DNA of 64,000 bases from an uncultured archaeon. Lineage in GTDB: Archaea; Asgardarchaeota; Lokiarchaeia; Sigyniarchaeales; SOKP01. The stretch is from positions 34,589 to 98,588 of the forward strand of contig CAZDTP010000003.1 in NCBI GenBank assembly GCA_964508365.1. Reading direction: 5' to 3'. Below, piece after piece: positions 47,495 to 56,780 of this stretch; position 1 is the stretch's first letter; each line of letters starts with the position of its first letter. A program made the translations under genes and the position numbers. The notes under the pieces are model-generated. The model did no database searches. It was given only the letters and a program-made list of their open reading frames with translations, and was not told the DNA's origin.

Positions 47495-48406
47495 TTAAAT
47501 TGTTGAAAAACTCCTTGTTTTCCTAACGGGAATATCAAACTTTTCAAGTAAAGGAATCAAGTGTTCTTTGTCTTTAGAATTAGTACCCTTCCAATCTACT
47601 ATGAAGTAATCAATTTCTTCTAATGTGTTGTTGATCATCATTTTAATTAGGTTCTCGTTCAATACTTGGACATAATACTTCGGACAAATAAATGAAAGTG
47701 CAATGTTATTATTGGTTATTAACCTATTAAAATTAGGAGCGTAGTGAGTACCACCGAACCCTAAACCAACTTTTTGATTTTTCTCCTTTTTAAAAATCAG
47801 ATATTTAAAAATAGAATTAACAATAGCATTCGCTACGAGTTGACCTGCTTCTTTAATTACCCATTCTTGCTTACTACTACCTAATTCTATAAAAATTAAA
47901 GGTATTTCTAAATTCGTCGGTCCATGATGAGTTACTTCAATATCTAAGGAGAAACCAGTAAAATTTTCTATTACTATTTGTTCTCTTAAAGATTCAAAGT
48001 TGGCTTTATGAATTAAAGCACTCGTTTTTGATAACATTTGAGGTATTCCTCCAAAATCATTATTTCTACCCCAGTTCCCGGTTGTGTGAACCAAAAATGC
48101 GGGTCGCGCTGTTTTTGATGTATGCCTGCTTGCAAATAATAGGAGATCCGGTTTGATTTTTGATTTATCAAAATTTAAATTTTCCAAGAAAATCAATGGT
48201 TTTTCTGTTAAACCTAAATAAATTTGGTTGGTATTAAGAAGATTATTCAGATTACTCTGAGATATTACTTTTTTTAAATAAAATACCGGATTCTCATCCC
48301 ATCTTGCATTTACCTCTTTAAAGGAATAGGAGTTAGAATTTAACAAATTTTCTCTCATATTCATAGATGCTGTGTCTTCTTTTGAAGTAATAATAAAGAA
48401 TTGAAT
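47495..48406 (-). CDS. dtdA: D-aminoacyl-tRNA deacylase (archaeal DTD2 type); N-terminus extended to an ATT start
   Basis: IITSKEDTASMN, FASRH, VHTTGNWG, EVTHHGPT, FIELGS..EW, GFGGTHY; GAGGTGA-N6-ATT. Confidence 0.9.
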   Translation of the reverse strand: MQFFIITSKEDTASMNMRENLLNSNSYSFKEVNARWDENPVFYLKKVISQSNLNNLLNTNQIYLGLTEKPLIFLENLNFDKSKIKPDLLLFASRHTSKTARPAFLVHTTGNWGRNNDFGGIPQMLSKTSALIHKANFESLREQIVIENFTGFSLDIEVTHHGPTNLEIPLIFIELGSSKQEWVIKEAGQLVANAIVNSIFKYLIFKKEKNQKVGLGFGGTHYAPNFNRLITNNNIALSFICPKYYVQVLNENLIKMMINNTLEEIDYFIVDWKGTNSKDKEHLIPLLEKFDIPVRKTRSFSTI

Positions 48407-48578
48407 TAGGACTCACCTCTGAAAGAATTCGTAGTAATTATAAACATTATCATTATAAAATTCAAGTAAAAATGACTTAAATATTTATGATCTTAATTCT
48501 TTTATTCGTTCAGAATGTAATATTAACCCAGATTTAATACTAAAAACCTTTTAAATAAAAATCGTATTAAAACATTTA

Positions 48579-49544
48579 ATGTCAATTGATTTTGTATTTG
48601 TAGCTGCCATTTCATTAATTTTTGGTACTTTGTTCTTCATAATTGATTTTTATCAACGTACCCATCCTAAAATCAATATTTCCTTAATTGCAGGTATCTC
48701 TATCTCTTATTTCTTCTTAGTACTCCTTCCAGAAATTGCTGAAAATATTCCCGTATTCCCATTTGAACTCACAATTTTTGAGTATTTATTTGTGTTAATT
48801 GGTTTTATATTTGTTCACACTTCTGAAAAATTAATTTTACAAAAGGTAGAGTCTAAGTCGCAAAAGAGAATGCGTAAATTAATTGAAAAAGAAAGAATTT
48901 TGGAAAGTGTTGAAGAAAATATCGAGAACATATTAACTAAAGAATTAGAAAAAGAGGATTTAGACGATATAGCTCTGAAGGATTTAGCCCAAACATTAGT
49001 TGATTTAAAAAAAAAAGGTGGAGAGTTCATAGAGAAAATAAATCGCTATAAGGCTAAGATTCAAACACACATCAACGAAGATTTAAGCAATCTTCGTTTT
49101 TTCACTAATTTTTCATATCATCTTCTTGTAGGGATTATTGTTGTAGGGTTATTAACTATTGATTTAGTTGGAGGGATATTATTTTTCCTTTTCGCCTGGT
49201 TTAGAGCAGTTATAACAAACAGATCAGAAAGCCATATCGTATTTACTGATCTGGAAATCTATGAAACATACGATATTGAAGATAATTTGGCCAGAAAATA
49301 TGTTCTAGCTCTTTCAAATTTTTTAGGAGTTTTATTTGGATTATTTTTAGATTTAATAGGTTTTGAATACTCTGAGTTATTCTATGTTTTTTATTCTTTT
49401 ATATCAGGAGTTATTCTGTATACTATTGTAAGGGAAGTTCTACCCGAAAAAGAAAAAGGAAATCCATTATTTTTTCTCATTGGATTCTTTGGATTTACAC
49501 TTGTAATCTTTATTATAAATATCTTCACAAGTATAATTTATTAA
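48579..49544 (+). CDS. ZIP-like multi-pass membrane protein with a coiled-coil insertion
   Basis: IAGISISYFFLVLLPE, SYHLLVG, ISGVILYTIVREVLPE; charged loop of about 75 aa. Confidence 0.6.
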   Translation: MSIDFVFVAAISLIFGTLFFIIDFYQRTHPKINISLIAGISISYFFLVLLPEIAENIPVFPFELTIFEYLFVLIGFIFVHTSEKLILQKVESKSQKRMRKLIEKERILESVEENIENILTKELEKEDLDDIALKDLAQTLVDLKKKGGEFIEKINRYKAKIQTHINEDLSNLRFFTNFSYHLLVGIIVVGLLTIDLVGGILFFLFAWFRAVITNRSESHIVFTDLEIYETYDIEDNLARKYVLALSNFLGVLFGLFLDLIGFEYSELFYVFYSFISGVILYTIVREVLPEKEKGNPLFFLIGFFGFTLVIFIINIFTSIIY

Positions 49545-49764
49545 GAAAAAACCTCATATTAATCCCTCTTATTAAAAATAAATAGTATGGAACCCGTTTT
49601 TTATAATTAAAAAATAAATTGGATTTGTTCCTTATTTTTTGTAATTATTACATTATAAAATTTTAAAACTATTAAATATAAATTTATATTATCATTTAGT
49701 TATGAACTATTTGGTAATGTGTATATAAAAAAAATAATAAAAAAGATTAAATTTAAGGAGCGAA

Positions 49765-50343
49765 ATGATGATTAAAAAGACCTTTAAGGAAATTTTAGGT
49801 ATTGATGATGACGATTATAAGATCATTGAGATGATGGAAAAAAATCCATCCGTAACGCACAGTGACATAGCACGTGAAATCGATAAGTCTCAGCCGGCAG
49901 TAGGGGCAAGAATTATTAAATTAGAACGAAAACATTTACTTACAAAACAGGTTGGATTTAATATAAAAAAAGTTGATATTAAAGTTGCGATTGTTTTCGT
50001 GTCAACCAAAGATGTAGAAGTAATAGTAAAAAAAATAGAAAAGTGTCCTTTCATTAATCATGCATTCAAGATTTCTGGGGAATTTAATCTTTTGTGCTTT
50101 GTTGCTGCTTCAGATCTTCAAACAATTGAGAAATTAGTAGATTTATGTTTTAGAAAAGATTCGAATGTAATTAACGTAAAAACTAACATACTTATTGATT
50201 CCGTTCATGATTTCATCGTGCCCATTGATTTCCAAATCGAAAAGTTTGATTTTCTTTCAAATGTATGTGGTCCTGATTGTAATTTGAACGTAAATCTACC
50301 TAAGTATAAATTTGATACTGCTCAAGAAGAGGAAGAAGAATAG
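49765..50343 (+). CDS. Lrp/AsnC family transcriptional regulator
   Basis: DDYKIIEMMEKNP...SDIAREIDKSQPAVGARIIKLE; ISGEFNL. Confidence 0.9.
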   Translation: MMIKKTFKEILGIDDDDYKIIEMMEKNPSVTHSDIAREIDKSQPAVGARIIKLERKHLLTKQVGFNIKKVDIKVAIVFVSTKDVEVIVKKIEKCPFINHAFKISGEFNLLCFVAASDLQTIEKLVDLCFRKDSNVINVKTNILIDSVHDFIVPIDFQIEKFDFLSNVCGPDCNLNVNLPKYKFDTAQEEEEE

Positions 50344-50356
50344 AAAAAGGAAGTAT

Positions 50357-50914
50357 TTACTCTAATTTACTAGTTAATCCTTTCAGTTGAGCAATTTTGT
50401 ATCTACATTTCTCCCCACAACCTTCTTCTAAAGTAGGATTATGTTCTTCGCTTGTGAAATCTATGGGTAATATAAAGTCCTTAGCAATTTCTGTTATCAT
50501 ATTCATCGAGACTGAAGTTACTTCAGGATCGCTTCTAAAGTGGTAATTTACTATGTTATCCAGTTTGGTAATATTAGAACTTGCGAGTAGAATACATATA
50601 TTATGGGAACCACTTAATCTAAATGCGTTCAACATGAATGGACAGAACCTAGCCATATCAAGAATCTCATTTGGGTGTTTTGTATTCAGTTCCACAGTTG
50701 CTAAGAAGAGATCTACCTTTTTAAAATTAATACCGGGTTGGAATTGTAGTATTCCTTCTTTTTCAAGCTTCTTTATTCTCATCCCAACAGTTGGCTGAGA
50801 TCTATTAATTTTTTCCGCAATTTGAGTATGAGTTAAGTTTGGATCTTCTTGTACTAATGTAATGATACGGCGATCGATATCATCAAGTTTTAATTTGTCT
50901 GAAATCATATCCAT
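50357..50914 (-). CDS. Lrp/AsnC family transcriptional regulator
   Basis: LDDIDRRIITLVQEDP...AEKINRSQPTVGMRIKKLE; LSGSHN. Confidence 0.9.
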   Translation of the reverse strand: MDMISDKLKLDDIDRRIITLVQEDPNLTHTQIAEKINRSQPTVGMRIKKLEKEGILQFQPGINFKKVDLFLATVELNTKHPNEILDMARFCPFMLNAFRLSGSHNICILLASSNITKLDNIVNYHFRSDPEVTSVSMNMITEIAKDFILPIDFTSEEHNPTLEEGCGEKCRYKIAQLKGLTSKLE

Positions 50915-51071
50915 TAATCAATTAAAATTTTAGTTCTTTTATCTAGATAATGACTTTTCACATTAAAAAGATACTTATATTTTATAAATTTTGAAAAAAT
51001 TGTACAAGATTAAAATGCGTATTACATTAATGGGCTAAGATGTGTTTAGACAAAAACTTACCTACTTAATC

Positions 51072-51311
51072 TCAATCAATGGTTAAAGCCCTCAACTTGC
51101 ACGCAGTTGTACAAATATGACATTTTACGCAATGATCTTCTCGATCTTCTACAACAATGCTCCTAGGTTCAGATTCTTTATTTATAACTTTATAGATTCC
51201 TCTGAAACACGCATCTTCACAAAAAAAGCCTTCACATATCTTGCATTTATTTACATCAATATGGTGAAACTTGTAATTAACGATATTGGTTTGTTCGGGT
51301 GCATCGCTCAT
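51072..51311 (-). CDS. 2[4Fe-4S]-type ferredoxin
   Basis: CKICEGFFCEDAC and CVKCHICTTAC. Confidence 0.85.
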   Translation of the reverse strand: MSDAPEQTNIVNYKFHHIDVNKCKICEGFFCEDACFRGIYKVINKESEPRSIVVEDREDHCVKCHICTTACKLRALTID

Positions 51312-51413
51312 TATTTTAGTTAAAATGCAACTCCTTTTATCTCTATAGTTTATATAATATAATGGAATTTATTAAAATCAATTTAAATTATTTTTAATTA
51401 AATTAATTTTATT

Positions 51414-52097
51414 GTGAGTAGTTTTGGAATGCGTAACGCTAAGATTCCCCTCTTTGAAATCCCAAATCTCAAAAAAGGTACATTTTTACGGCGCCCTAAT
51501 CGATTTGTAAGTGAAATTGAATACAAGCATCAAATAAATACTGCTCACATTCATGATCCTGGAAGACTAAAAGAGTTATTAATCCAAGGAAAAGAAGTCC
51601 TTTTCACCGAATCTCGTGGGAAACTAGATTATTATATTAAAGCAGTAAAAATTCAAGATGATTGGATCTTAATTGACACTGCACTTCATTCTAAAATTGC
51701 TTTAAAAGTTTTTCCATGCATTAGTGAATTTTCAAATGTGAGGGAGATAAGGAAAGAAGTTAAAATTGGAAAGAGTCGAATAGACTTTGTATTAGATGGA
51801 GTTCCTTTAGAAGTAAAGGGAGTGACACTTGTCAAAGATAATTTAGCTTTATTTCCCGACGCGCCTACAGAGAGAGGGACTAGGCACGTACAAGAAATTA
51901 TTGACAATCATGGTATGCTTTTATTTTTAGTATTTCGTAAGGCGTCTAAGTTTAAGCCTAATTTCATTATGGACCCACAATTTTCGAATAAATTATCTGA
52001 AGCTAGAAAAAAAGGTGTAAAAATTTTTGTTATACAGCTTAGTTTTGATGGAAAAATAATATATTACAACGGTAGTATTCCTTTAGCAGATTTTTAG
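51414..52097 (+). CDS. sfsA: SfsA family nuclease
   Basis: FLRRPNRF, HIHDPGRLKEL, SRIDF, EVKGVTL, FPDAPTERG.RH. Confidence 0.92.
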   Translation: MSSFGMRNAKIPLFEIPNLKKGTFLRRPNRFVSEIEYKHQINTAHIHDPGRLKELLIQGKEVLFTESRGKLDYYIKAVKIQDDWILIDTALHSKIALKVFPCISEFSNVREIRKEVKIGKSRIDFVLDGVPLEVKGVTLVKDNLALFPDAPTERGTRHVQEIIDNHGMLLFLVFRKASKFKPNFIMDPQFSNKLSEARKKGVKIFVIQLSFDGKIIYYNGSIPLADF

Positions 52098-52267
52098 GTT
52101 GCTATTCTATCCGATTTATAAAATAAAAAAACACACAAATAACAAGCTGTTTTTTAATAGCAAACCTAAAAGAAATCTTGTATTTCATTAAACAGACTTT
52201 TAAATTGTCTAAATTAGATTTAAAGAAATAAAGTTAAACCTAAATAAATTCAACAAGGAGAAATAAA

Positions 52268-52576
52268 ATGTCAGAAGTAAAAGAAAAATATGTAACATCT
52301 CCGGAAATTTGTGCATGGGCTGATGATGAACACGACAGTTACCACTTTGAAATTACAATGCCTGGTGTTGAAAAAGACACGATCAAACTCAAAATCCACG
52401 AGGATTCATTTCTCGTGAAGGGTGAAACAGACGGTACAATCTATGTAGGCTCTTATGCTATTTGTTGTCCTGTTAAGGCTAAAGAATCAAAAGCTACTTA
52501 TAAAAATGGAATATTAAAAGTCGATGTACCATTTAAAGATCCAATGGAAGATGCCATTGAGGTTAATATCGAATAA
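52268..52576 (+). CDS. Hsp20/alpha-crystallin family protein
   Basis: EITMPGVEK..I, ATYKNGILKVDVP. Confidence 0.9.
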   Translation: MSEVKEKYVTSPEICAWADDEHDSYHFEITMPGVEKDTIKLKIHEDSFLVKGETDGTIYVGSYAICCPVKAKESKATYKNGILKVDVPFKDPMEDAIEVNIE

Positions 52577-52577
52577 A

Positions 52578-52600
52578 TTTCTTTTTTTTCCTACTTTTTT
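52578..52600 (+). terminator. Archaeal U-rich terminator
   Basis: TTTC-T8-CCTAC-T6 immediately after the Hsp20 stop, facing a convergent gene. Confidence 0.5.
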
Positions 52601-52682
52601 GGATTTAAAATGAGTTAACTGATTAAGGATTTAAAATCTAAGTTATTTTAGATTATTGAAAATAGTTTGAATTTGGTTAATG

Positions 52683-52979
52683 TCATTTTTTCTTCTTCTT
52701 TTTACGTTTTTTATCCCGTTTTTCCGGCTCTGGAGTGATATCAACGTCAACTTCTGCGATAATGAACGCCAGTAGAATAGGTCCCGCGTTAGAATAGCGG
52801 GGATCAGAAAAAGCACTAAATTTAATATCTTTTAATTTAAAGTTCTTATCGCTTTGTTTTAAGATCATTAGGTTTTTATTAACCTTTTGAGTAAATTCTG
52901 ATGGATCTTCGAACGTCCCTCCGACGGCAAAAACTTGATCCATTCTTATAATTTGGTGAATTGGAGTTTCTTCTTCCAT
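52683..52979 (-). CDS. Hypothetical protein with a basic C-terminal tail
   Basis: ATG-led ORF ending KRDKKRKKKKK. Confidence 0.6.
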   Translation of the reverse strand: MEEETPIHQIIRMDQVFAVGGTFEDPSEFTQKVNKNLMILKQSDKNFKLKDIKFSAFSDPRYSNAGPILLAFIIAEVDVDITPEPEKRDKKRKKKKKK

Positions 52980-53094
52980 ATTTTTTTACCGATTATTTAC
53001 TTCTTTTAATAAAAATTAAAATTCTTTGTTTTATAATTATTAGCCTTTTTTCACAATATTCAAAAAATAACCAATTAAGTGAATCCTAACCAAG

Positions 53095-54039
53095 CTAATA
53101 TTCTATATTCATTTCTTTAATAAAATCGAAGGCTGAATATGCCGCTATAACGCCTTCTGATACTCCAGTAATCGCCTGCTTAAATGGTGCGTCTGCGACA
53201 TCGCCAGCTGCGAATACACCCGGTATATTTGTTTCCGACTTTCTATTGATAATAATTTCATCCTTTTCATTCGTTCTTATGCCTATATGTTTTGCAAGAT
53301 CTGAGTTAGGTATAGACCCTACTTCGATAAAAACACCATCTATTTCAAATTCTTTGCCATTATCGAAAATTACTGATTTTACCGTATTATCTCCTTTAAT
53401 TTCTGTGACATTGGTTTTATATATGATTTCAATTTTTTGATTCTCCTCTACTCTTTTCTTATTAATTGGTTCTGCCCGTATTTCTTCCCCCCGATATATT
53501 ATATAAACCTTTTTTACATTTTGAGATAAAAATAACGCTTCCTTGGCTGCAGAATCACTTCCGCCAATCACACATACCGTTTTATCTTTGTAAAATGGAC
53601 CGTCACATGTAGCGCAATAAGAAACACCCCTTCCAGCAAATTCCAGTTCTCCTGGGATTCCTAACTTCTTCCTTTCAGATCCTGTGGCGATAACCACACT
53701 CTTCGCTTTAAATTTTTGAAAAAACGAATACAGAATGAAGTGATCACTTGCTTGCTCTATATTTCTAATTTCGTCTGTTATGTAAGGAATACATAAAGAA
53801 TTCATGTGTTCTTTAAACATTTCCATTAAACCTTGACCACTCGTAGAGGTGACTCCAGGATAATTTTCTACAAGATGAGTTGTGGCAATCAAACCTCCGA
53901 AAATTTTCCCTATGACTAAAACATCCAATGCAAATCGAGCAGCATAGATTGCGCAACCTATCGCAGTTGGTCCACCACCTAAAACAATAAGATCGTACCT
54001 CTTTTCTAGATCAATGTCTTCCATATCAATATTATACAT
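53095..54039 (-). CDS. trxB: Thioredoxin reductase
   Basis: GGGPTA, ATGS, GVSYCATCDG, IGGSDSA, FAAGD. Confidence 0.93.
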   Translation of the reverse strand: MYNIDMEDIDLEKRYDLIVLGGGPTAIGCAIYAARFALDVLVIGKIFGGLIATTHLVENYPGVTSTSGQGLMEMFKEHMNSLCIPYITDEIRNIEQASDHFILYSFFQKFKAKSVVIATGSERKKLGIPGELEFAGRGVSYCATCDGPFYKDKTVCVIGGSDSAAKEALFLSQNVKKVYIIYRGEEIRAEPINKKRVEENQKIEIIYKTNVTEIKGDNTVKSVIFDNGKEFEIDGVFIEVGSIPNSDLAKHIGIRTNEKDEIIINRKSETNIPGVFAAGDVADAPFKQAITGVSEGVIAAYSAFDFIKEMNIEY

Positions 54040-54109
54040 TCTTAAATCCTTCTTTTATGTAATATCTAATAACTAATTGTAAGGTATTGATTTTTAAATG
54101 TAATTTAAT

Positions 54110-54793
54110 TTAGTATTGTACTTTAATGTTTCCTCCGATAAGTGCTCCTAGTATTTCATTCGCCCCAACCATACCAACTAAAGTTTTCTTATCGTTTATA
54201 ATCGTATAAGGCACTCCCGAAGCATCATAGAATTGTCCAATATCTGGATTCGCCAGAATATCAACGATCACGGTTCTAATCTTTCCTTCAGATGCAAGTG
54301 CAAATTGAGAGGCTGTAGATACAACACTAGGACAATATGGGCACATCTCTGTTATCATTACTTTGATAGTTGATGGTTGAATACGATCAAGATTTTGTTT
54401 TATTGTTGCTTCGTAATAATTCGGCGCTCCCGCAAATGTAAATAATGATTGAACAAACGGTTGGATTTCGCCACCTCTTGGTGCTGCTAAATAGCGTATT
54501 ATTTCTCTTCCGTCGTCATTAATAAATAAAATGGTTGGTACCCGCTGAATATCATAACTCTTTACGAATTCGGGATTATTATCTATTGATAGTTCTTCTA
54601 TCGTTAACATCCCATTCGAGTTTTCTTCATAGATTCTTAAGAGTGCCATGAATTGCCCACAATCCATACAAGCTCTTATTTTACTCCCATCTGCTTCTGT
54701 TCTTTGCGATGTGAAAATCTTTAGCCTTGCAGGTTTAGTGAGTTTCGCCATCTCTTTTTTAATAATTTCCTTATATTTATCATCCTGAGACAA
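54110..54793 (-). CDS. Protein disulfide oxidoreductase (two thioredoxin folds), copy 2
   Basis: CMDC and CPYC, VPT and VPY cis-Pro motifs. Confidence 0.88.
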   Translation of the reverse strand: MSQDDKYKEIIKKEMAKLTKPARLKIFTSQRTEADGSKIRACMDCGQFMALLRIYEENSNGMLTIEELSIDNNPEFVKSYDIQRVPTILFINDDGREIIRYLAAPRGGEIQPFVQSLFTFAGAPNYYEATIKQNLDRIQPSTIKVMITEMCPYCPSVVSTASQFALASEGKIRTVIVDILANPDIGQFYDASGVPYTIINDKKTLVGMVGANEILGALIGGNIKVQY

Positions 54794-54819
54794 ATTTAAA
54801 ACACCTCTTAGTATACAGA

Positions 54820-55512
54820 TTATGCGTACATTCCTCCAAAATCTCTTTGACCTTTTGTTAATTTATCTAACAAATCTTGTGGAGTAAACATCCCAACAAT
54901 TCTTTCACTCTCGTTTACGACTGTTAGTGGAACACCTTGAACATCATACTTTTTTGCGATGTCAGGATTTAAGCTAACATCGATAACTTCTGCTGTAATC
55001 TTCCCTTTAGAAACTATAGCAAATAATGTTAAAACTGGAACGGTCGCAGGACAATAAGGACAAGTTGGGGTTATAAAAATCTTCATCTCTGATTTATCGA
55101 TTTTTTTGAGATGAGTAAGGATTTGATCAGCATAATAAGGTCTTATGCCTGAAAAATATTGAATTGAATTTAGAAAGGGTACAAATTCAGAACCGGTGGG
55201 GTGTGCTGAGTATCGGATAATTTCCTTACCGTCATCAGTAACGAATAAAATCGCCGGAATTCGGGTAACATTGTATTTTTTTGCTTCTTCTGGATTTTCT
55301 TCAATAGATATCTCTTCGACACCCAACTTCCCGTTTGATAGTTCCTCAAGCGTTTTTAATAAATTATAAGCACCCTCACATGCCATACACACCCTAATTC
55401 TTGAGCCGTCTTCTTGAGTTTTAAAATCGGTAAACAATTTCAACACCACTTTGTCTTTTAATTTATTCATTTCTCTCTTAACATTATCAAGTTCATTTTG
55501 GGAAAATAACAT
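54820..55512 (-). CDS. Protein disulfide oxidoreductase (two thioredoxin folds), copy 1
   Basis: CMAC and CPYC, IPA and VPL. Confidence 0.88.
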   Translation of the reverse strand: MLFSQNELDNVKREMNKLKDKVVLKLFTDFKTQEDGSRIRVCMACEGAYNLLKTLEELSNGKLGVEEISIEENPEEAKKYNVTRIPAILFVTDDGKEIIRYSAHPTGSEFVPFLNSIQYFSGIRPYYADQILTHLKKIDKSEMKIFITPTCPYCPATVPVLTLFAIVSKGKITAEVIDVSLNPDIAKKYDVQGVPLTVVNESERIVGMFTPQDLLDKLTKGQRDFGGMYA

Positions 55513-55564
55513 TATATCACCATTTAAATTTCATTCTATTGTGGATATTTTTATGTTTAACGAA

Positions 55565-56551
55565 TTAAGTATTTTTTGTTAATAGTTCTTCTCTTCTACG
55601 ACGGTAATACAGAATGGGATAATCACCCTGAATAAGTTTTTCACCCATTTTTAATTGAGTTTTAATTGGTTGTTGTGTTAAAACAACACATCTATCCTGA
55701 TGGAGGATAATGAAATTAAATTTATTGGCTAGCCAATTAACAAATGATTTTAAAATGGGGATTCTTAGAAATTTTTGATAGAATCTCATGTAAAACTTTG
55801 TATGTGTCTCATCTATCGGAACGAAAGCTATAAATATCCGAACATTATTCCCAAGGTAATTCTGCCATATATGTGGAAATTTAAACTGAAGATGGAAAAA
55901 TTTCATTTCATCAGTAAATTCTTCAGGTTTTAAAGGTCTGGTCTTTCCATCATCCTTTTGGTTATAAACCCAAATTATAAACTCATTTCCGTCTTCGGAA
56001 GGCTCAACCAATGGTCCATGAACAAGTGTTTGATAACCTCGACCAATTGTATTATGATGGACATAAGGTAAATGAATTACATCCAATTGATTTTCTATTG
56101 CCCGAGAATAATGAACTGGCCATACTTCTGTATGAGTTTTATATGAGAATTTTTTATCAATATCTTGGAAAAAGGGTACTGGAGGATATTTCGGTTGATG
56201 TTCTCCCCACCATATCCATATAAAATCATGTTTTTCTTTAGTAGGATAAGCTATAACTTTAAAGCGCTCTGGCACCGGAGTGTTTTTGCCATTTGCAGGT
56301 ATTATAGTACATTTTCCTGTCTCATCATACCTTAAACCATGGAATGGACATTCTACCTTTTCTCCATTATCGCATATTTTTCCTATACTAAGCGCCGCAC
56401 CTCGATGAGCACATTTATCTTTTAAACATATAACATCTCCATTTTTCTTACGCCAGAAAACTAACTTTTCTCCAAGCCTTGTAACTCCAATTAGTTTGCC
56501 TTTTGGAACTTCTTTAGATTCTAATACTGCATACCATTGATTCCTAATCAT
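55565..56551 (-). CDS. Rieske non-heme iron oxygenase alpha subunit (VanA-like)
   Basis: CAHRG...CPFHG Rieske ligands; ENQLDVIHLPYVH mononuclear-iron motif; ILHQDR. Confidence 0.92.
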   Translation of the reverse strand: MIRNQWYAVLESKEVPKGKLIGVTRLGEKLVFWRKKNGDVICLKDKCAHRGAALSIGKICDNGEKVECPFHGLRYDETGKCTIIPANGKNTPVPERFKVIAYPTKEKHDFIWIWWGEHQPKYPPVPFFQDIDKKFSYKTHTEVWPVHYSRAIENQLDVIHLPYVHHNTIGRGYQTLVHGPLVEPSEDGNEFIIWVYNQKDDGKTRPLKPEEFTDEMKFFHLQFKFPHIWQNYLGNNVRIFIAFVPIDETHTKFYMRFYQKFLRIPILKSFVNWLANKFNFIILHQDRCVVLTQQPIKTQLKMGEKLIQGDYPILYYRRRREELLTKNT

Positions 56552-56780
56552 ATTTAATCGATAGCAAAAATTTAACTGAATTTAAGATTTTGTGTTTAAT
56601 AATTTATAAATTGATTTATTTAAATCCTCGATCTATTAAATTAGTAAACATATGTTTAAATATACTATTTTTAATTTTAACCAATATTTATTATCGGAGA
56701 AATTCTCTCGATAAAGTTAAGATAAATGAAATCGAAAAGGATTATTGCAAAATTCTATTTATGATTAATCAAATGTTTTC

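Noticed and set aside
1267-48415. Selenocysteine read-through at in-frame TGA codons (1267, 3545, 48413)
   Set aside because: Read-through meets another stop within a few codons or adds nothing conserved; two of these TGAs are simply part of the GGTGA SD
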